In this document: in pieces, positions 50,186 to 61,300 of the stretch | How positions within the stretch are numbered: position 1 is the stretch's first letter | How the letters are laid out: every line of letters begins with the position of its first letter | NCBI GenBank assembly: GCA_963796105.1 | Contig: CAWCKJ010000003.1 | Span: forward strand, 288,001-352,000 | Reading direction: 5' to 3' | Source of the DNA: a candidate division FCPU426 bacterium | GTDB lineage: Bacteria; Oederibacteriota; Muellerivitia; Muellerivitales; Muellerivitaceae | DNA length: 64,000 bases | Made by a program: the position numbers and the translations under genes | The notes under the pieces: generated by a model | Database searches by the model: none | Seen by the model: the letters and a program-made list of their open reading frames with translations, nothing else | Told to the model about the DNA's origin: nothing

Positions 50186-53100
50186 ATGGACCCACGGTTT
50201 TTAAAAGAAAAGGGAATTGAAACCTACACGGGAAACGAACTGATCGTAAAGGGCGGCATGGAAGCCGGCATGAACCTTTTGACCGGATATCCGGGATCGC
50301 CGGTGGCAGACGTCTTTGAGGCCGCGGCCGACGTTTCTCCCTACCTGAAAGAACACGGAATATTGGCCCAAATCGCCAATAACGAGGCTTTAAGCGCCGC
50401 CAGGCTCACCGGCGCCCAAATGGCGGGTTTACGGGCCATTACAGTGATGAAATCCGTGGGTTTCCACGTGGCGGCCGACGCTTTGGTCTCGGGAACCCTC
50501 ACGAAAACAGGCCACAAGGGGGCCGGGGTCATCGTCGTCGGGGACGACCCCTGGAGCGACACCACCCAGGTCCCAGTGGATTCCCGGCGCCTTTCCGACC
50601 ATCTCTTTATTCCCGTGCTGGAACCAGCCACCTTCCAGGAGATCAAGGATTGGATCAAAGTCGCTTTCGAGCTTTCTGAGGAAGCCGACCTTTTCATCTC
50701 GTACCTTCTCATCACCTACCTCGCCGAAGGCGGGGGGAGCGTGGAAGTCCATCCCAACCAGCCCCCCTCCGGTTTCAGCACCATAAATAAGGCCACGCTG
50801 GACAGCTCGACTTTCGACTTAACCCACTCCATCACGCTGCCCCCCCACACGGTTCGACTGGAAAAAGAAGCCCTGGAAATTAAATTTCCCCAACTGCTCA
50901 AATCGGCCCGCAAGAAAGAAATCAACCGGATCATTCCCGGAAAGGAAAAAGGCGGACTCGGTTTTGTATCAGCCGGGGCTTCCTACACTTACCTGGAGCA
51001 GGCTTTCGCCGAGTTCGGGATGAGCGGCAAGTTCCCGATCCTCAAACTGGGCCTCACTTACCCCGTGGACCCTGAAGCCGTCCAGGAATTCCTGAACACC
51101 TGCGGCACCCTGGTGGTGGTCGAGGAGAAACGTAAATTCATCGAGAGCCAGGTCCAAAACATCGTCCAGAATTTATGGCAGGCCGGAAAAATCAAAAAAA
51201 TGCCAAACGTCTGGGGCAAGACATTCCCGGAGGGTTTGGAAGGTTTCCCAGAGGACAAGGGATTACAACCAGGGGTCGTCATGCAAACCCTGGCCCCGCT
51301 CCTGGCCAAGTACAAGGTTTCTTCCCCAAAAGTCAAAAAAGAAATAGAGTTCATGAAAAGTTTGGAAACTTTCGAGATGACCGTTCCGGTCCGCACCCCG
51401 TCCTTCTGCCCGGGATGCCCGCACCGAGATTCAGCTTCTACCTTCCTGGACCTGGTGAGGGATTTCAAAGACCCCGAGTACATGAAAAAAACGCACAAAT
51501 TGGAACCCATCGACATTCTTTTCCATGGCGACGCTGGCTGTTACGTTCTTCTGTTCATGCCGCCCTACGGGGCCCTGATGCACAATTACATCGGGATGGG
51601 CCTCGGGGGAGGAACGGGAGCCGGCCTTTCTCCCTTCTCCACCAATAAGTCGGTCTGCTTCATCGGCGATTCCACATTCTTCCACTCAGGGTTGTCGTCT
51701 GTTTCCGACTCCATCAAGAATAACCAGGATGTCCTTTTCGTCATCCTGGACAACAAGACCACCGCCATGACGGGGCACCAGCCCCACCCTGGGATGGACT
51801 CGGACCTGATGGGAAACCCCACCTTCGCCCAAGATATCCAAAAAGCCCTGCTGGGCCTGACGAGGGGAAAGGACGTAAGCGTCGCACGCGTTAATCCTGA
51901 GAACCGCCATGATTACAGGGAACTGCTGGAAGAATTGATCCTGAAGCCGGGTCCCAAATTCATCATCGCCGACAAGGAATGCGGCATCACCTTCCACCGA
52001 CGGTTCCGCCATACCATGAGCAAGGAAAGCGCGAAGCTGGGCTACCACCCGAGGCAAACCCGGATCAATATCAACGACCACACCTGTGAATACTGCCTGG
52101 AATGCACCAATTCCACCGGGTGCCCGGGCCTGGCCATTGAGGAATCACTATACGGCCCCAAAATGTCCACGGACCTGTCCTATTGCGTCTCGGACATGGC
52201 CTGCACGAGGGTCAAGGTTTGCCCCTCCTTTGAGGAATTGACTATTCTGCGCAACCACAAAAGCTCCTCCGCGATCCTGCCTGATCCGGCCCAAATTCCT
52301 GAGCCGAAACCCCTCGTGGTTAAAGAAGATTGGCGCGGTTACCTAGCTGGCGTCGGGGGAATGGGGATCGGCAGCTCCACGGGAGTACTCGTGCGGGCGG
52401 CCTTGAAGCACGGCTACCATGTGACTTTCTGCGATAAAAAAGGGTTGGCCATACGCAATGGAGGGGTCTATTCCCAGATTACCTTCTCAACCCGAAAGAA
52501 AGTGGTGTCACCGCTTCTCCCTTACGGCAAGGCCGATCTGCTTTTAGGCATGGACATCCTGGAGGCGGCGCGGGGATTGGATCCGCGTTTTACCTTCCGG
52601 GTGGGCTCCCCCGAAAGAACCCATTCGGTGGTGAACACACACAAGACCCATACCATCCTGAGCCTGATGGGAAAGGAAGATTTTTCCCCGGCCGTCCTTT
52701 CAAAGATTTTCCAAAAATACACGCTGGATTATTTTGGAGCCGACCTCAGCGACATCGCCGAGCATTACCTCGGCAATAAGGTATTCGTGAATATCATCCT
52801 CCTGGGGGTGGCCTTCCAGAAAGGACACCTGCCCTTGAATTTGAAGGAAATGACCGACGCCATTAAGGAAAGCTTCGCGCCCCGAGCCGCCGACTACAAT
52901 ATCCGCGCCTTCCACCTCGGCAGGGACGTAGTGGTCCATCCGGAACGTTATAACGCCGAAGTCCGGCTGGGTTTGCGGGAAACAATCGAGAAAAAAGCCG
53001 TGTACCTGAAAGGGGGCCGAGCGAAGGCTTACAAGGAACAATGTGAAATATTCCTAAACGCTTGGGATGGGGACGAGGAAACAAAAGTCCAGTTCGCCAT

Positions 53101-53740
53101 CCGCCTATACGATCTTTTTCAGTTCGAGAACGCCTCTTACGCCGAAACCTACCTGAACCGGGTTTTAAACGTCTTAAAAAAAGACTCCAAGGCCGAGGGA
53201 TTCGCCGCGACACAAGCCGTCGTCAAGTACCTTCACAAGACGATGGAAATCAAGGATGAGGTTTATGTGGCGCACCTGCTGACCAGCCCTGAAAAATACG
53301 AGAAGGACGCCAGGCGCTACAAGGTGGACTTGGCGGGCGGGGACCGGATCCAGTACAAGCATTTCAACCGGCCCCATTTCGACATCCTGGGCACCGCCAT
53401 TGAGTTCGATATCGATACCAAAGATTGGATGCTCAGGATCATGAAACGCATGAAATTCCTGAGGCGCCTCCTGCCCGCCTGGCACAAACATGAAAAAGCC
53501 TTCAGGCAATGGTATTGCGAATTAGTGGATAGGTTCGAGTTTAAAAACAGCGAGGAGTATAGCCGCTGGGTTCGGGCCCTTTCAGTTCCCGAGGAAGTCA
53601 GGGGTTACACCCAAATCCGCTACCCCAAAATGGAAGCCGCGAAATTGAAAGCGGGCCGGATTCTATCGGGAGATGAACTACCGGCCGGTCCAGCCCCTTC
53701 CGCCCTCGCCCGCAAGGCCAAGAAAGCTGTGACTGTTTAA
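50186..53740 (+). CDS. indolepyruvate:ferredoxin oxidoreductase-like, fused alpha/beta chain
   Basis: GYPGSP, RTPSFCPGCPHR, IGDSTFFHSG, TAMTG.Q, C..C..C cluster, GVGGMG, GLA.RNGGV, IKDEVYVA tail. Confidence 0.88.
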   Translation: MDPRFLKEKGIETYTGNELIVKGGMEAGMNLLTGYPGSPVADVFEAAADVSPYLKEHGILAQIANNEALSAARLTGAQMAGLRAITVMKSVGFHVAADALVSGTLTKTGHKGAGVIVVGDDPWSDTTQVPVDSRRLSDHLFIPVLEPATFQEIKDWIKVAFELSEEADLFISYLLITYLAEGGGSVEVHPNQPPSGFSTINKATLDSSTFDLTHSITLPPHTVRLEKEALEIKFPQLLKSARKKEINRIIPGKEKGGLGFVSAGASYTYLEQAFAEFGMSGKFPILKLGLTYPVDPEAVQEFLNTCGTLVVVEEKRKFIESQVQNIVQNLWQAGKIKKMPNVWGKTFPEGLEGFPEDKGLQPGVVMQTLAPLLAKYKVSSPKVKKEIEFMKSLETFEMTVPVRTPSFCPGCPHRDSASTFLDLVRDFKDPEYMKKTHKLEPIDILFHGDAGCYVLLFMPPYGALMHNYIGMGLGGGTGAGLSPFSTNKSVCFIGDSTFFHSGLSSVSDSIKNNQDVLFVILDNKTTAMTGHQPHPGMDSDLMGNPTFAQDIQKALLGLTRGKDVSVARVNPENRHDYRELLEELILKPGPKFIIADKECGITFHRRFRHTMSKESAKLGYHPRQTRININDHTCEYCLECTNSTGCPGLAIEESLYGPKMSTDLSYCVSDMACTRVKVCPSFEELTILRNHKSSSAILPDPAQIPEPKPLVVKEDWRGYLAGVGGMGIGSSTGVLVRAALKHGYHVTFCDKKGLAIRNGGVYSQITFSTRKKVVSPLLPYGKADLLLGMDILEAARGLDPRFTFRVGSPERTHSVVNTHKTHTILSLMGKEDFSPAVLSKIFQKYTLDYFGADLSDIAEHYLGNKVFVNIILLGVAFQKGHLPLNLKEMTDAIKESFAPRAADYNIRAFHLGRDVVVHPERYNAEVRLGLRETIEKKAVYLKGGRAKAYKEQCEIFLNAWDGDEETKVQFAIRLYDLFQFENASYAETYLNRVLNVLKKDSKAEGFAATQAVVKYLHKTMEIKDEVYVAHLLTSPEKYEKDARRYKVDLAGGDRIQYKHFNRPHFDILGTAIEFDIDTKDWMLRIMKRMKFLRRLLPAWHKHEKAFRQWYCELVDRFEFKNSEEYSRWVRALSVPEEVRGYTQIRYPKMEAAKLKAGRILSGDELPAGPAPSALARKAKKAVTV

Positions 53741-53837
53741 TCATTCCAACAAACAGGAAACATCGCGGGCGGCAAATCCCGTCATTTGATTCAGGTTCAT
53801 CGTTGCTTATCCACTTTCCCAGGATTAAATTGTTCCC

Positions 53838-55553
53838 ATGCTGAGCCAGCTTTCCATTAAAAATTTCGCCATTGTGGATTCCATCACCCTGGAATTCGGG
53901 CCGGGATTCAACGTGATGACCGGCGAGACCGGCGCGGGGAAATCCATTATCGTGGACGCCTTGTATTTCCTTTTAGGCGACCGCATTTCCAACGACATGC
54001 TCCGGGCAGGCCAGGAAAAGGCGACTGTGGAAGCCCTATTCCAGGTATCCGGAAAAAGCCCCGCCCATTCAAAGCTAATGGAATGGGGGATCGAGGCTAA
54101 AGGCCATGAAATCCTGATGAAGAGGGAATATACCCTTTCCGCCGGAAAAACCCGGAGTTTCATCAACGGGGCCATGGCCACAACCGCCATGGTAGATGAA
54201 TTGGGTGAATTTCTCGTGGATATCCACGGCCAGCACGAACATCAGGCCATTTTCAAAGTGGGCAAGCACCGGCAACTTATCGATTCCTTCGGCCGAACGG
54301 CGCCGCTCTTGGAAAAAACCGCCCAGGCCTACCAAACCCTTTCGAAGCTGTTGGCGGAACAATCGAACCTGGGGGGTGATGCCAGGGAAATAGCCCGCCG
54401 GACCGACTTGCTTCAGTTCCAGGCGCAGGAACTTCAAGCCGCCAGCTTGGAGAACCTGAATGAGGAAGAACTACTGAATCAATTCCAGTTGATGCGTCAC
54501 GCGGAAAAAATCACCACCCAGGTGACCGAGGCCCAACGCCTCTTGGATGAGGAAGGGAACGGCGGTGTGACGGGCATGTTCGGCACCGTGGTCGCGCGCC
54601 TACAAGACAGCGCCCGCTTGGACCCCAGTCTGGAAAACATGGTGTTTAGCGTCAAAAACCTGCAGGAAAACTTGAACCAGCTTTCCTTTGACATCGCCCG
54701 GAAACTGGAAGGCTATTCTTTCAGCGACAAGGAGTACCAGGACCTCTCGGACCGAATCGACGGTTTGAATCACTTGAAGAAAAAATACGGGGATTCGTTG
54801 GTTGAAATCAAAAATTACCTGAAAAAGATCAAGGAAGAACTGCAAAAAATTCTTGGCCGGGAAGATCTCTTGAAATCCTTGGGGCTCCAAATCGAAAAAT
54901 CGGCGGAACAGTACCGACAATCGGCTTTAGAGTTAAGCGAAAAACGCCAACAAGCGGGACATGAACTGGCCAAGCAGGTCCAGGATACCTTGAGGGAACT
55001 GGGGTTGCCCCACGCTAAGTTGGGCGTGGACTTAACACCCCAGGAAGATCAAGGAAGTCCCGTATTAGAAAACAACCGAAGATTGGCCTTGTCGCCAACA
55101 GGTTGGGACAAGGTGGAATTCACCTTTACCGCCAACCCCGGGGAACCCGAAAAACCGCTAGCCAAAGTGGCCTCGGGCGGGGAAGCCTCCCGGGTCATGT
55201 TGGCCTTAAAAGCCGTGCTGTCAGAAAGCGACGAAGTGGCCACCTTGATATTCGACGAGATTGATACGGGCGTGGGAGCCAGGACGGCTTCCACCGTCGC
55301 AGAACTGCTTTCGGGTCTCGCGAAAAACAAACAACTATTATGCATTTCCCATCTTGCCCCTATAGCCGCGGTGGGCGACTACCACTTTCAGGTCGAAAAA
55401 ACATTTTTAAAGGGCAAAACAGCCATTTCCGTCAACCGTTTAACAGGGAATAACCGCCTGGAAGAATTGGCCAAAATGCTGGCAGGGGAGCCAGTTTCCG
55501 AAACTTCACTTACACACGCGATGGAATTATATGATAAAATGCGCGCGCTTTAG
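53838..55553 (+). CDS. recN: DNA repair protein RecN
   Basis: TGETGAGKS, IHGQHEH, ASGGE.SR.ML, FDEIDTG. Confidence 0.96.
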   Translation: MLSQLSIKNFAIVDSITLEFGPGFNVMTGETGAGKSIIVDALYFLLGDRISNDMLRAGQEKATVEALFQVSGKSPAHSKLMEWGIEAKGHEILMKREYTLSAGKTRSFINGAMATTAMVDELGEFLVDIHGQHEHQAIFKVGKHRQLIDSFGRTAPLLEKTAQAYQTLSKLLAEQSNLGGDAREIARRTDLLQFQAQELQAASLENLNEEELLNQFQLMRHAEKITTQVTEAQRLLDEEGNGGVTGMFGTVVARLQDSARLDPSLENMVFSVKNLQENLNQLSFDIARKLEGYSFSDKEYQDLSDRIDGLNHLKKKYGDSLVEIKNYLKKIKEELQKILGREDLLKSLGLQIEKSAEQYRQSALELSEKRQQAGHELAKQVQDTLRELGLPHAKLGVDLTPQEDQGSPVLENNRRLALSPTGWDKVEFTFTANPGEPEKPLAKVASGGEASRVMLALKAVLSESDEVATLIFDEIDTGVGARTASTVAELLSGLAKNKQLLCISHLAPIAAVGDYHFQVEKTFLKGKTAISVNRLTGNNRLEELAKMLAGEPVSETSLTHAMELYDKMRAL

Positions 55554-55616
55554 TAAAAGCGTCACGGCAAATAACTGTCCGTGAAAGAGCAGTAAAAAAA
55601 ACCCTGGAGGATTTAC

Positions 55617-56444
55617 ATGAAGCTTTTCACCCGGTTGATGGTTGGAGGTTTAGCCCTCGCTTTGGTCTTGAGTCTCGGGGCCGGAACCGCGAACGCTGCT
55701 GCAAAGAAGAAAAAAAAAGCCGTTAAAGTAGAAACGAAAACTGTACGGAAAGCCAAAAAAGAATACATTTCCGGAACCAACTTGGAAGGCCGTGCCGGAT
55801 TGTTTTACGCGGATACCTCAGAAGTGGCTGCCAAGAATACAGTGGAAGGCTCAGTTCACTTCACTTACAGCTCGCCTGGTCCAAGCGTCGATCAAATTAT
55901 GATCCCGGTTGGTGCTCATTTCGGAGTTGACAATAACTTCGAACTTTCCGCTTGCGTTAAACCTTGGATTATTTCAGAGCCTAGTGTCACGATCGGCTCA
56001 ATTACTATTGGTGGTTCTTCCACAAATTTTCTTTTGGATGTCGGTGGAAAATATAAAATCGCCTCCGAGAACAGGGAAACCCCTGATTTTGCGGTGGGTG
56101 GGGTTATATACATTCCCACTTGGTCCGGCGGCAATGTGGTTGTGATGCCGGAAGGCACCTGTTCTTACGTATTGGATAACGGTCTCCTCTTGAATGGCGA
56201 TGTGGGAATTGGGATTGGCAATACCTCGTACGTTAAGCTCGATGGCGGTGTCGGTTTCCCAGTCAGCCCGAAAGTCACGCTGATCGGCGAAATCGGGGCA
56301 AACCAAGACGGTTATATGGGTTCCGTGTTTGCGGCTGGTGCAAGGTTCGCCTTGCAGGATGTCAAGCTCCAGGCGCTTATCGGAGCTCCATTGAATGGCG
56401 GAGACGTCTTGATTGGAGCTGGCCTCATCCTGGCTTCCAAGTAA
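55617..56444 (+). CDS. exported protein, probable outer-membrane beta-barrel
   Basis: GGAGG RBS; signal peptide; Lys-rich segment; alternating Gly/hydrophobic beta-strand pattern. Confidence 0.6.
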   Translation: MKLFTRLMVGGLALALVLSLGAGTANAAAKKKKKAVKVETKTVRKAKKEYISGTNLEGRAGLFYADTSEVAAKNTVEGSVHFTYSSPGPSVDQIMIPVGAHFGVDNNFELSACVKPWIISEPSVTIGSITIGGSSTNFLLDVGGKYKIASENRETPDFAVGGVIYIPTWSGGNVVVMPEGTCSYVLDNGLLLNGDVGIGIGNTSYVKLDGGVGFPVSPKVTLIGEIGANQDGYMGSVFAAGARFALQDVKLQALIGAPLNGGDVLIGAGLILASK

Positions 56445-56455
56445 TTTTTATCTGG

Positions 56456-56491
56456 AAAAGCTGGTTTCCTTTCGAGGAAGCCAGCTTTTTT
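56456..56491 (+). terminator. intrinsic terminator
   Basis: AAAAGCTGGTTTCCT...AGGAAGCCAGCTTTTTT. Confidence 0.8.
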
Positions 56492-56596
56492 GTTTTATAG
56501 CCATTTAAGAATGGCTTCTTTTCCGGTTCCTTGTGAACCCAGATCAATTTTCCTATAATCCAGAGACTTGAATAATCCTGCTTTTGAATTCCAAAT

Positions 56597-57349
56597 TTGG
56601 AGGAAGGTTTTTTGACTGTTTCAACCTCTACCCACCCGCAAACCCGCAAACCCGCCGCTCGGCCGACCCTCTGGCGCCAGCTTGCCAGTTTATTTGTGGA
56701 CTTACTCATCAGCGCCTTTATCGCCTGGGTGGTTTGTTTTACCTTCGGCTTGCAGAACTATTGGTCCTCCCTGGCGATTCTTCTTTGGGTGGGCGAGGTT
56801 TTTTGGTGCAGGGACCGGTTAAAACCCACAGCGGGGGAGTACTTCCTGGGTATCCGGTATTTGACTTCCTCTTCCAGCCAAGTGGTCGCCGACATCAAAA
56901 TCATTCACCCCAAATTGCTATTAAACGGTTTTCTCCTATTCGCCGGGGTATTTGAAATCACCCTATCCATTCTTTTCTTTAGCGGATGGACATTCCTCGG
57001 CAAGGCCGTTCTTGGCGGAATCATTATCAGTCCTCCAATGTCCCTGCTTTATTGGGCTGTTTATGGACTTGGCCTATTCGCCTGCGGAACTTCTTTTTTA
57101 AGCGGTTCCAAAAACATATTTTGGGTTTTGCCTGTAATCCATTGCTGGCTTCTGGTTGATTTTCATTTGAGTTGCGATGTTTGGCCTGGAATCTTTAAGA
57201 CTGAAATGATTCTTTCTCCTGGTACCGCCGTGTTTTTTTACGATTTCATCAGTAAAACCCAGCATTACAGTTTTCTTTTGGTGTTCTTAGTCTGGACCGC
57301 TTTTTTAGCCGTGGTTCTTTTCTTTTCCAGAAAGCAAATGGTTAATTAA
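56597..57349 (+). CDS. integral membrane protein with RDD-like N-terminus
   Basis: TLWRQLASLFVD...TAGEYFLGIR resembles the RDD pattern; several TM segments; start uncertain. Confidence 0.6.
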   Translation: MEEGFLTVSTSTHPQTRKPAARPTLWRQLASLFVDLLISAFIAWVVCFTFGLQNYWSSLAILLWVGEVFWCRDRLKPTAGEYFLGIRYLTSSSSQVVADIKIIHPKLLLNGFLLFAGVFEITLSILFFSGWTFLGKAVLGGIIISPPMSLLYWAVYGLGLFACGTSFLSGSKNIFWVLPVIHCWLLVDFHLSCDVWPGIFKTEMILSPGTAVFFYDFISKTQHYSFLLVFLVWTAFLAVVLFFSRKQMVN

Positions 57350-57447
57350 CGCCAACAATTGGACTTTCCAGCTGAAACCCATAGCTGACAGGCGTTTCCA
57401 GCATGCGTATAATTCAAACCCCGGGATGGAAATTTTGAAAGGCTTCG

Positions 57448-59958
57448 ATGGAAACTTATAATTTCGCTGAAATTGAACAGAGATGGAAAAAGGCCTGGAA
57501 GGAAAAAGGCGTTTTTTCCTGCGATCTTTCCAAAAAAGAAAAGAAATACTACACCCTCGTCATGTTCCCCTATCCTTCGGGTGATTTCCTCCACGCCGGG
57601 CATGGCCGCAATTACATCATCGGAGACGCCGTTTACCGCTATTTCAGGGCCTTGGGTTTCAACACCCTGAATCCGATGGGTTTTGACGCCTTTGGTCTTC
57701 CCGCCGAAAACACGGCCATTCAAAAGGGAATCCATCCCGAGGATTGGACCTTGGGTAACATTGAGCGGATGAAAGGGCAGTTTTACGATTGGGGTATGGG
57801 TTATGACTGGGATAAAGAGGTCGTCTCCTGCCTACCCGAATATTACCGTTGGACCCAGTGGATCTTCCTGAAACTTTACGAGAAAGGTCTGGCCTACCGG
57901 AAAAAAGCCTATGTGAACTGGTGCCCCTCCTGCCTGACGGTCCTAGCCAACGAGCAAGTGGTAGAGCAAAAATGCGAAAGATGCGACTCACCAGTGGAGC
58001 AAAAGGACCTGGAACAGTGGTTCTTCAAGATCACCGATTACGCCGAGAGGCTTTTGAGGGATATCGACCACCTGGAGGATTGGCCGGAGCGGGTCAAAAG
58101 CATGCAAAAAAACTGGATCGGACGCAGCGAGGGGGCCGAAGTCCGTTTCAAGATCGAGGGGAAGAACGAAACCATCACCGTATTCACGACCCGTCCGGAC
58201 ACGCTGTTCGGGGCCACCTACATGGTCTTGGCCCCGGAACACCCCTTGGTGCCGACATTGGTCAAGGGAACCGTTCAGGAACAGGAAGTAAAGGCATTTA
58301 GCGATAAAGTTAAAAGGCAAAGCTCACTGGACCGCATCGGCGAGAACGCCGAGAAAATCGGGTTGGACACGGCCGTGAAAGCCGTCAACCCCGTGAACGG
58401 GAAATCCATTCCCATTTATATCGCCAATTACGTCCTCATGGACTATGGAACCGGCGCCATCATGGCTGTTCCGGCCCACGATACCCGGGATTTTGAGTTC
58501 GCGAAAAAATACAACATTCCCATCGTTCAGGTCATCCTGGACCCGGAAGAAGATCTCAAGAAATCCCGGGCCGCTTCCGAGGGCAAGGTCCATGACCCCA
58601 TGGCCCAGGCCTATACTGGTGACGGCGTTCACATTCATTCCGGTTTCCTAGACCAATTAAACCTCCAGGATTCCATCACCCGGATGAACCAGTGGCTCGC
58701 GGAAAACAATTGCGGAAAAGCCGCCGTGACTTTCCGCCTTCGGGACTGGCTTATCTCCCGCCAAAGGTACTGGGGCGCCCCCATCCCCATGATTCAATGC
58801 GCGAAATGCGGTTGGGTTCCCGTTCCCGAGAAGGATCTTCCAGTGAGGCTGCCTCGAAACGTGAAATTCAAGCCAACCGGGGAATCACCCTTGAAGTATG
58901 TTCCCGAGTTCGTAAAAACTCCTTGTCCGCGCTGCGGCCAAGACGCCCGCCGGGAAACCGACACCATGGACACTTTCGTGGATTCCAGCTGGTATTACCT
59001 GCGTTATGTATCGGCTAAAAATAGCCAAAAGGCTTTCGAATCCGACTCCGTCAATGACTGGCTTCCCGTGGACCAATATATAGGGGGAGTCGAACACGCT
59101 ATTCTTCACCTTCTTTATTCCCGCTTCATTACCAAAGTCCTGAAGGACCTGGGCTACGTGAAATTCGACGAGCCGTTTAAGCGGTTGTTTACCCAGGGGA
59201 TGATCACCAAGGGCGGTGTGAAAATGTCCAAAAGCAAGGGTAATTCCGTCCAACCCGACCAGTTGATACAAAAATTCGGCTCCGACACTTTCCGTCTTTA
59301 CACTCTTTTTATTGGCCCCCCGGAAAGGGATGTCGAATGGGATGACCGCGCGGTGGAGGGGGCGTTCAGGTTTTTGAATCGGGTTTGGAGGTTTTACCAG
59401 GAATTCTTGTCTCGCCCGAATGCCTTGACCGCCGAATCCCCAGAGGCGGTGACGGAAATGGACTGGACGGTCCGCAGGAAAATCCACCAAACGATCCAAA
59501 AAGTGACCCAGGACATGACCGGGGGTTTCAAGTTCAACACTGCGGTTTCAGCCATGATGGAATTGGTCAACCTCCTTTATGAATACAGGGAAAAACCCGA
59601 GTCGAAAGTACCCATCCTGCGGGAAGCTCTCCTGGCTCTCGTACGGCTCATGGGCCCCTTCACTCCCCACATTGCCGAGGAAATGTGGAATCATTTGGGG
59701 TACGGGAAATACCTGTTGGATTCTGGCTGGCCCCAATACGAACCCTCCCTTCTAATCGCCGAGAAGGTGGAAATCGCTGTTCAAGTGAATGGAAAGGTGC
59801 GAACCCGGATGACCGTTGCCGTGGGACTGGATGAGTCTGCTATTCTGGATATCTCAAAAAAAGATGAGAAAATCGCCAAACTGTTCGATCCGGGCCAAAT
59901 TCAAAAAATGATTTGGGTGAAGGACAAGCTGGTTAATTTCATCGTGCGTCAAAACTAA
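57448..59958 (+). CDS. leuS: leucine--tRNA ligase
   Basis: [46 protein letters not shown]. Confidence 0.98.
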   Translation: METYNFAEIEQRWKKAWKEKGVFSCDLSKKEKKYYTLVMFPYPSGDFLHAGHGRNYIIGDAVYRYFRALGFNTLNPMGFDAFGLPAENTAIQKGIHPEDWTLGNIERMKGQFYDWGMGYDWDKEVVSCLPEYYRWTQWIFLKLYEKGLAYRKKAYVNWCPSCLTVLANEQVVEQKCERCDSPVEQKDLEQWFFKITDYAERLLRDIDHLEDWPERVKSMQKNWIGRSEGAEVRFKIEGKNETITVFTTRPDTLFGATYMVLAPEHPLVPTLVKGTVQEQEVKAFSDKVKRQSSLDRIGENAEKIGLDTAVKAVNPVNGKSIPIYIANYVLMDYGTGAIMAVPAHDTRDFEFAKKYNIPIVQVILDPEEDLKKSRAASEGKVHDPMAQAYTGDGVHIHSGFLDQLNLQDSITRMNQWLAENNCGKAAVTFRLRDWLISRQRYWGAPIPMIQCAKCGWVPVPEKDLPVRLPRNVKFKPTGESPLKYVPEFVKTPCPRCGQDARRETDTMDTFVDSSWYYLRYVSAKNSQKAFESDSVNDWLPVDQYIGGVEHAILHLLYSRFITKVLKDLGYVKFDEPFKRLFTQGMITKGGVKMSKSKGNSVQPDQLIQKFGSDTFRLYTLFIGPPERDVEWDDRAVEGAFRFLNRVWRFYQEFLSRPNALTAESPEAVTEMDWTVRRKIHQTIQKVTQDMTGGFKFNTAVSAMMELVNLLYEYREKPESKVPILREALLALVRLMGPFTPHIAEEMWNHLGYGKYLLDSGWPQYEPSLLIAEKVEIAVQVNGKVRTRMTVAVGLDESAILDISKKDEKIAKLFDPGQIQKMIWVKDKLVNFIVRQN

Positions 59959-59989
59959 CAAGGACTTTTGAACCGGAGGGGCAAAGCCG

Positions 59990-60517
59990 ATGAGAACAAG
60001 ATACCTCAAGCGGGTTTCCCATATTGCTTTTCTTTGCCTATTGGCCTTTTCCACGATGCCAGGCTGCAGGCCGGCCGTTTTGATCGTACCGTCCTACGTC
60101 AAAACCGTCGGAGTGGACCCAGTTGACAACCGCACAAGCGAGTATGGCCTGGACACGGATTTAACCGCGGCGCTGATCCGCAATTTTCAATATGACGGCC
60201 GGTTGGGAATAGAGAACGCCGACAAGGCCGACCTGAGGGTGAAGGTCACGATCCGGCAATATATCGAGCAGCCCATCTATTTCGATCCCAAAACCAATGT
60301 GGTTCTCCAATATCAGATCTCAGTGATCTATGACTTGTCCGCGCTGGACACGCAGGAAAACAAGACCTTCATGGAGGATGCCCAAAAGAACCACAGTATT
60401 GTTTATTACACCCCTAATTACCCAGGGGCGGTCCCTGAGACCAAGCCCCAGGCCGTCGCCCGCCTGGAGGACGAACTGGCGAGATTGATCGTGAGAAGAG
60501 TTTTGGAAGGTTATTAA
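59990..60517 (+). CDS. lptE: LptE-family lipoprotein
   Basis: lipobox-like PG-C, NRTSEYGL, amphipathic C-terminal helix; leuS-lptE-holA synteny. Confidence 0.75.
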   Translation: MRTRYLKRVSHIAFLCLLAFSTMPGCRPAVLIVPSYVKTVGVDPVDNRTSEYGLDTDLTAALIRNFQYDGRLGIENADKADLRVKVTIRQYIEQPIYFDPKTNVVLQYQISVIYDLSALDTQENKTFMEDAQKNHSIVYYTPNYPGAVPETKPQAVARLEDELARLIVRRVLEGY

Positions 60518-60557
60518 TCCATTTTTAATTTAAAATTCAATTGTTGAAGGGGAAATC

Positions 60558-61268
60558 ATGAATCGAAAATGTTGCCTCGGAATCTTCTTTTTCTTGCTTT
60601 TGACCCTGCCGTTCACTCCTGTCTCTGCCGACCTGGAATGGATCACCGGCGGAGTCCCTAAAACCAGCTCCGATAAGCCAGGCGGCGCGGTTATCCCTGA
60701 CGCTCCCGGGGTCGAGAATCACCCGACCCCCACCAGCAATCAAAACGTCATTGTCAGCCATCTGATCACCTGCACGAACATCAACAACCACTACCCATCC
60801 GACAGCGTCAATTACTTTTTCGTCAACAAGAACCACCAGATTTGTTTTTACGCTTACTTCCTCATGAAACCCTCTAGCCGGATCCACTCCGCGGTCGCCG
60901 AATGCTTCGCCCCCGACAATCTTTCGATCGCGCGCTATGAGCGTGAATATCAAGTGGGTTTCACCGACCAGCTCTTGACGATCCAAAACGAGACCTACCA
61001 GTTTTTCATTTTGGAAATGAACCTGGGCATGGAAAAAATGAGGACTGAATTCGGGCAGACGGGCCTCCCTCGGGACCCGGGACTCTACACGGTCCACTTG
61101 AGCGTGGATGGGGAACTGGTTGGAATCACTTTTTTCTACGTCAGGCCGGAGGAATGGAAAACCACACCGGTCCCGACTGTGGCGCCGGTTTCACCCAAGT
61201 CCGGAGGCAATCTTCTCCCGATGAGCACCCCTTTCTCCAATATGCCTATTCCAAAAGGCCTTCAATGA
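60558..61268 (+). CDS. hypothetical exported protein
   Basis: signal peptide; Ig-like C-terminal pattern PGLYTVHLSVDGELV...F. Confidence 0.7.
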   Translation: MNRKCCLGIFFFLLLTLPFTPVSADLEWITGGVPKTSSDKPGGAVIPDAPGVENHPTPTSNQNVIVSHLITCTNINNHYPSDSVNYFFVNKNHQICFYAYFLMKPSSRIHSAVAECFAPDNLSIARYEREYQVGFTDQLLTIQNETYQFFILEMNLGMEKMRTEFGQTGLPRDPGLYTVHLSVDGELVGITFFYVRPEEWKTTPVPTVAPVSPKSGGNLLPMSTPFSNMPIPKGLQ

Positions 61269-61300
61269 TCTTTCCCCCAATTATCAGACGGGAGTTTTAA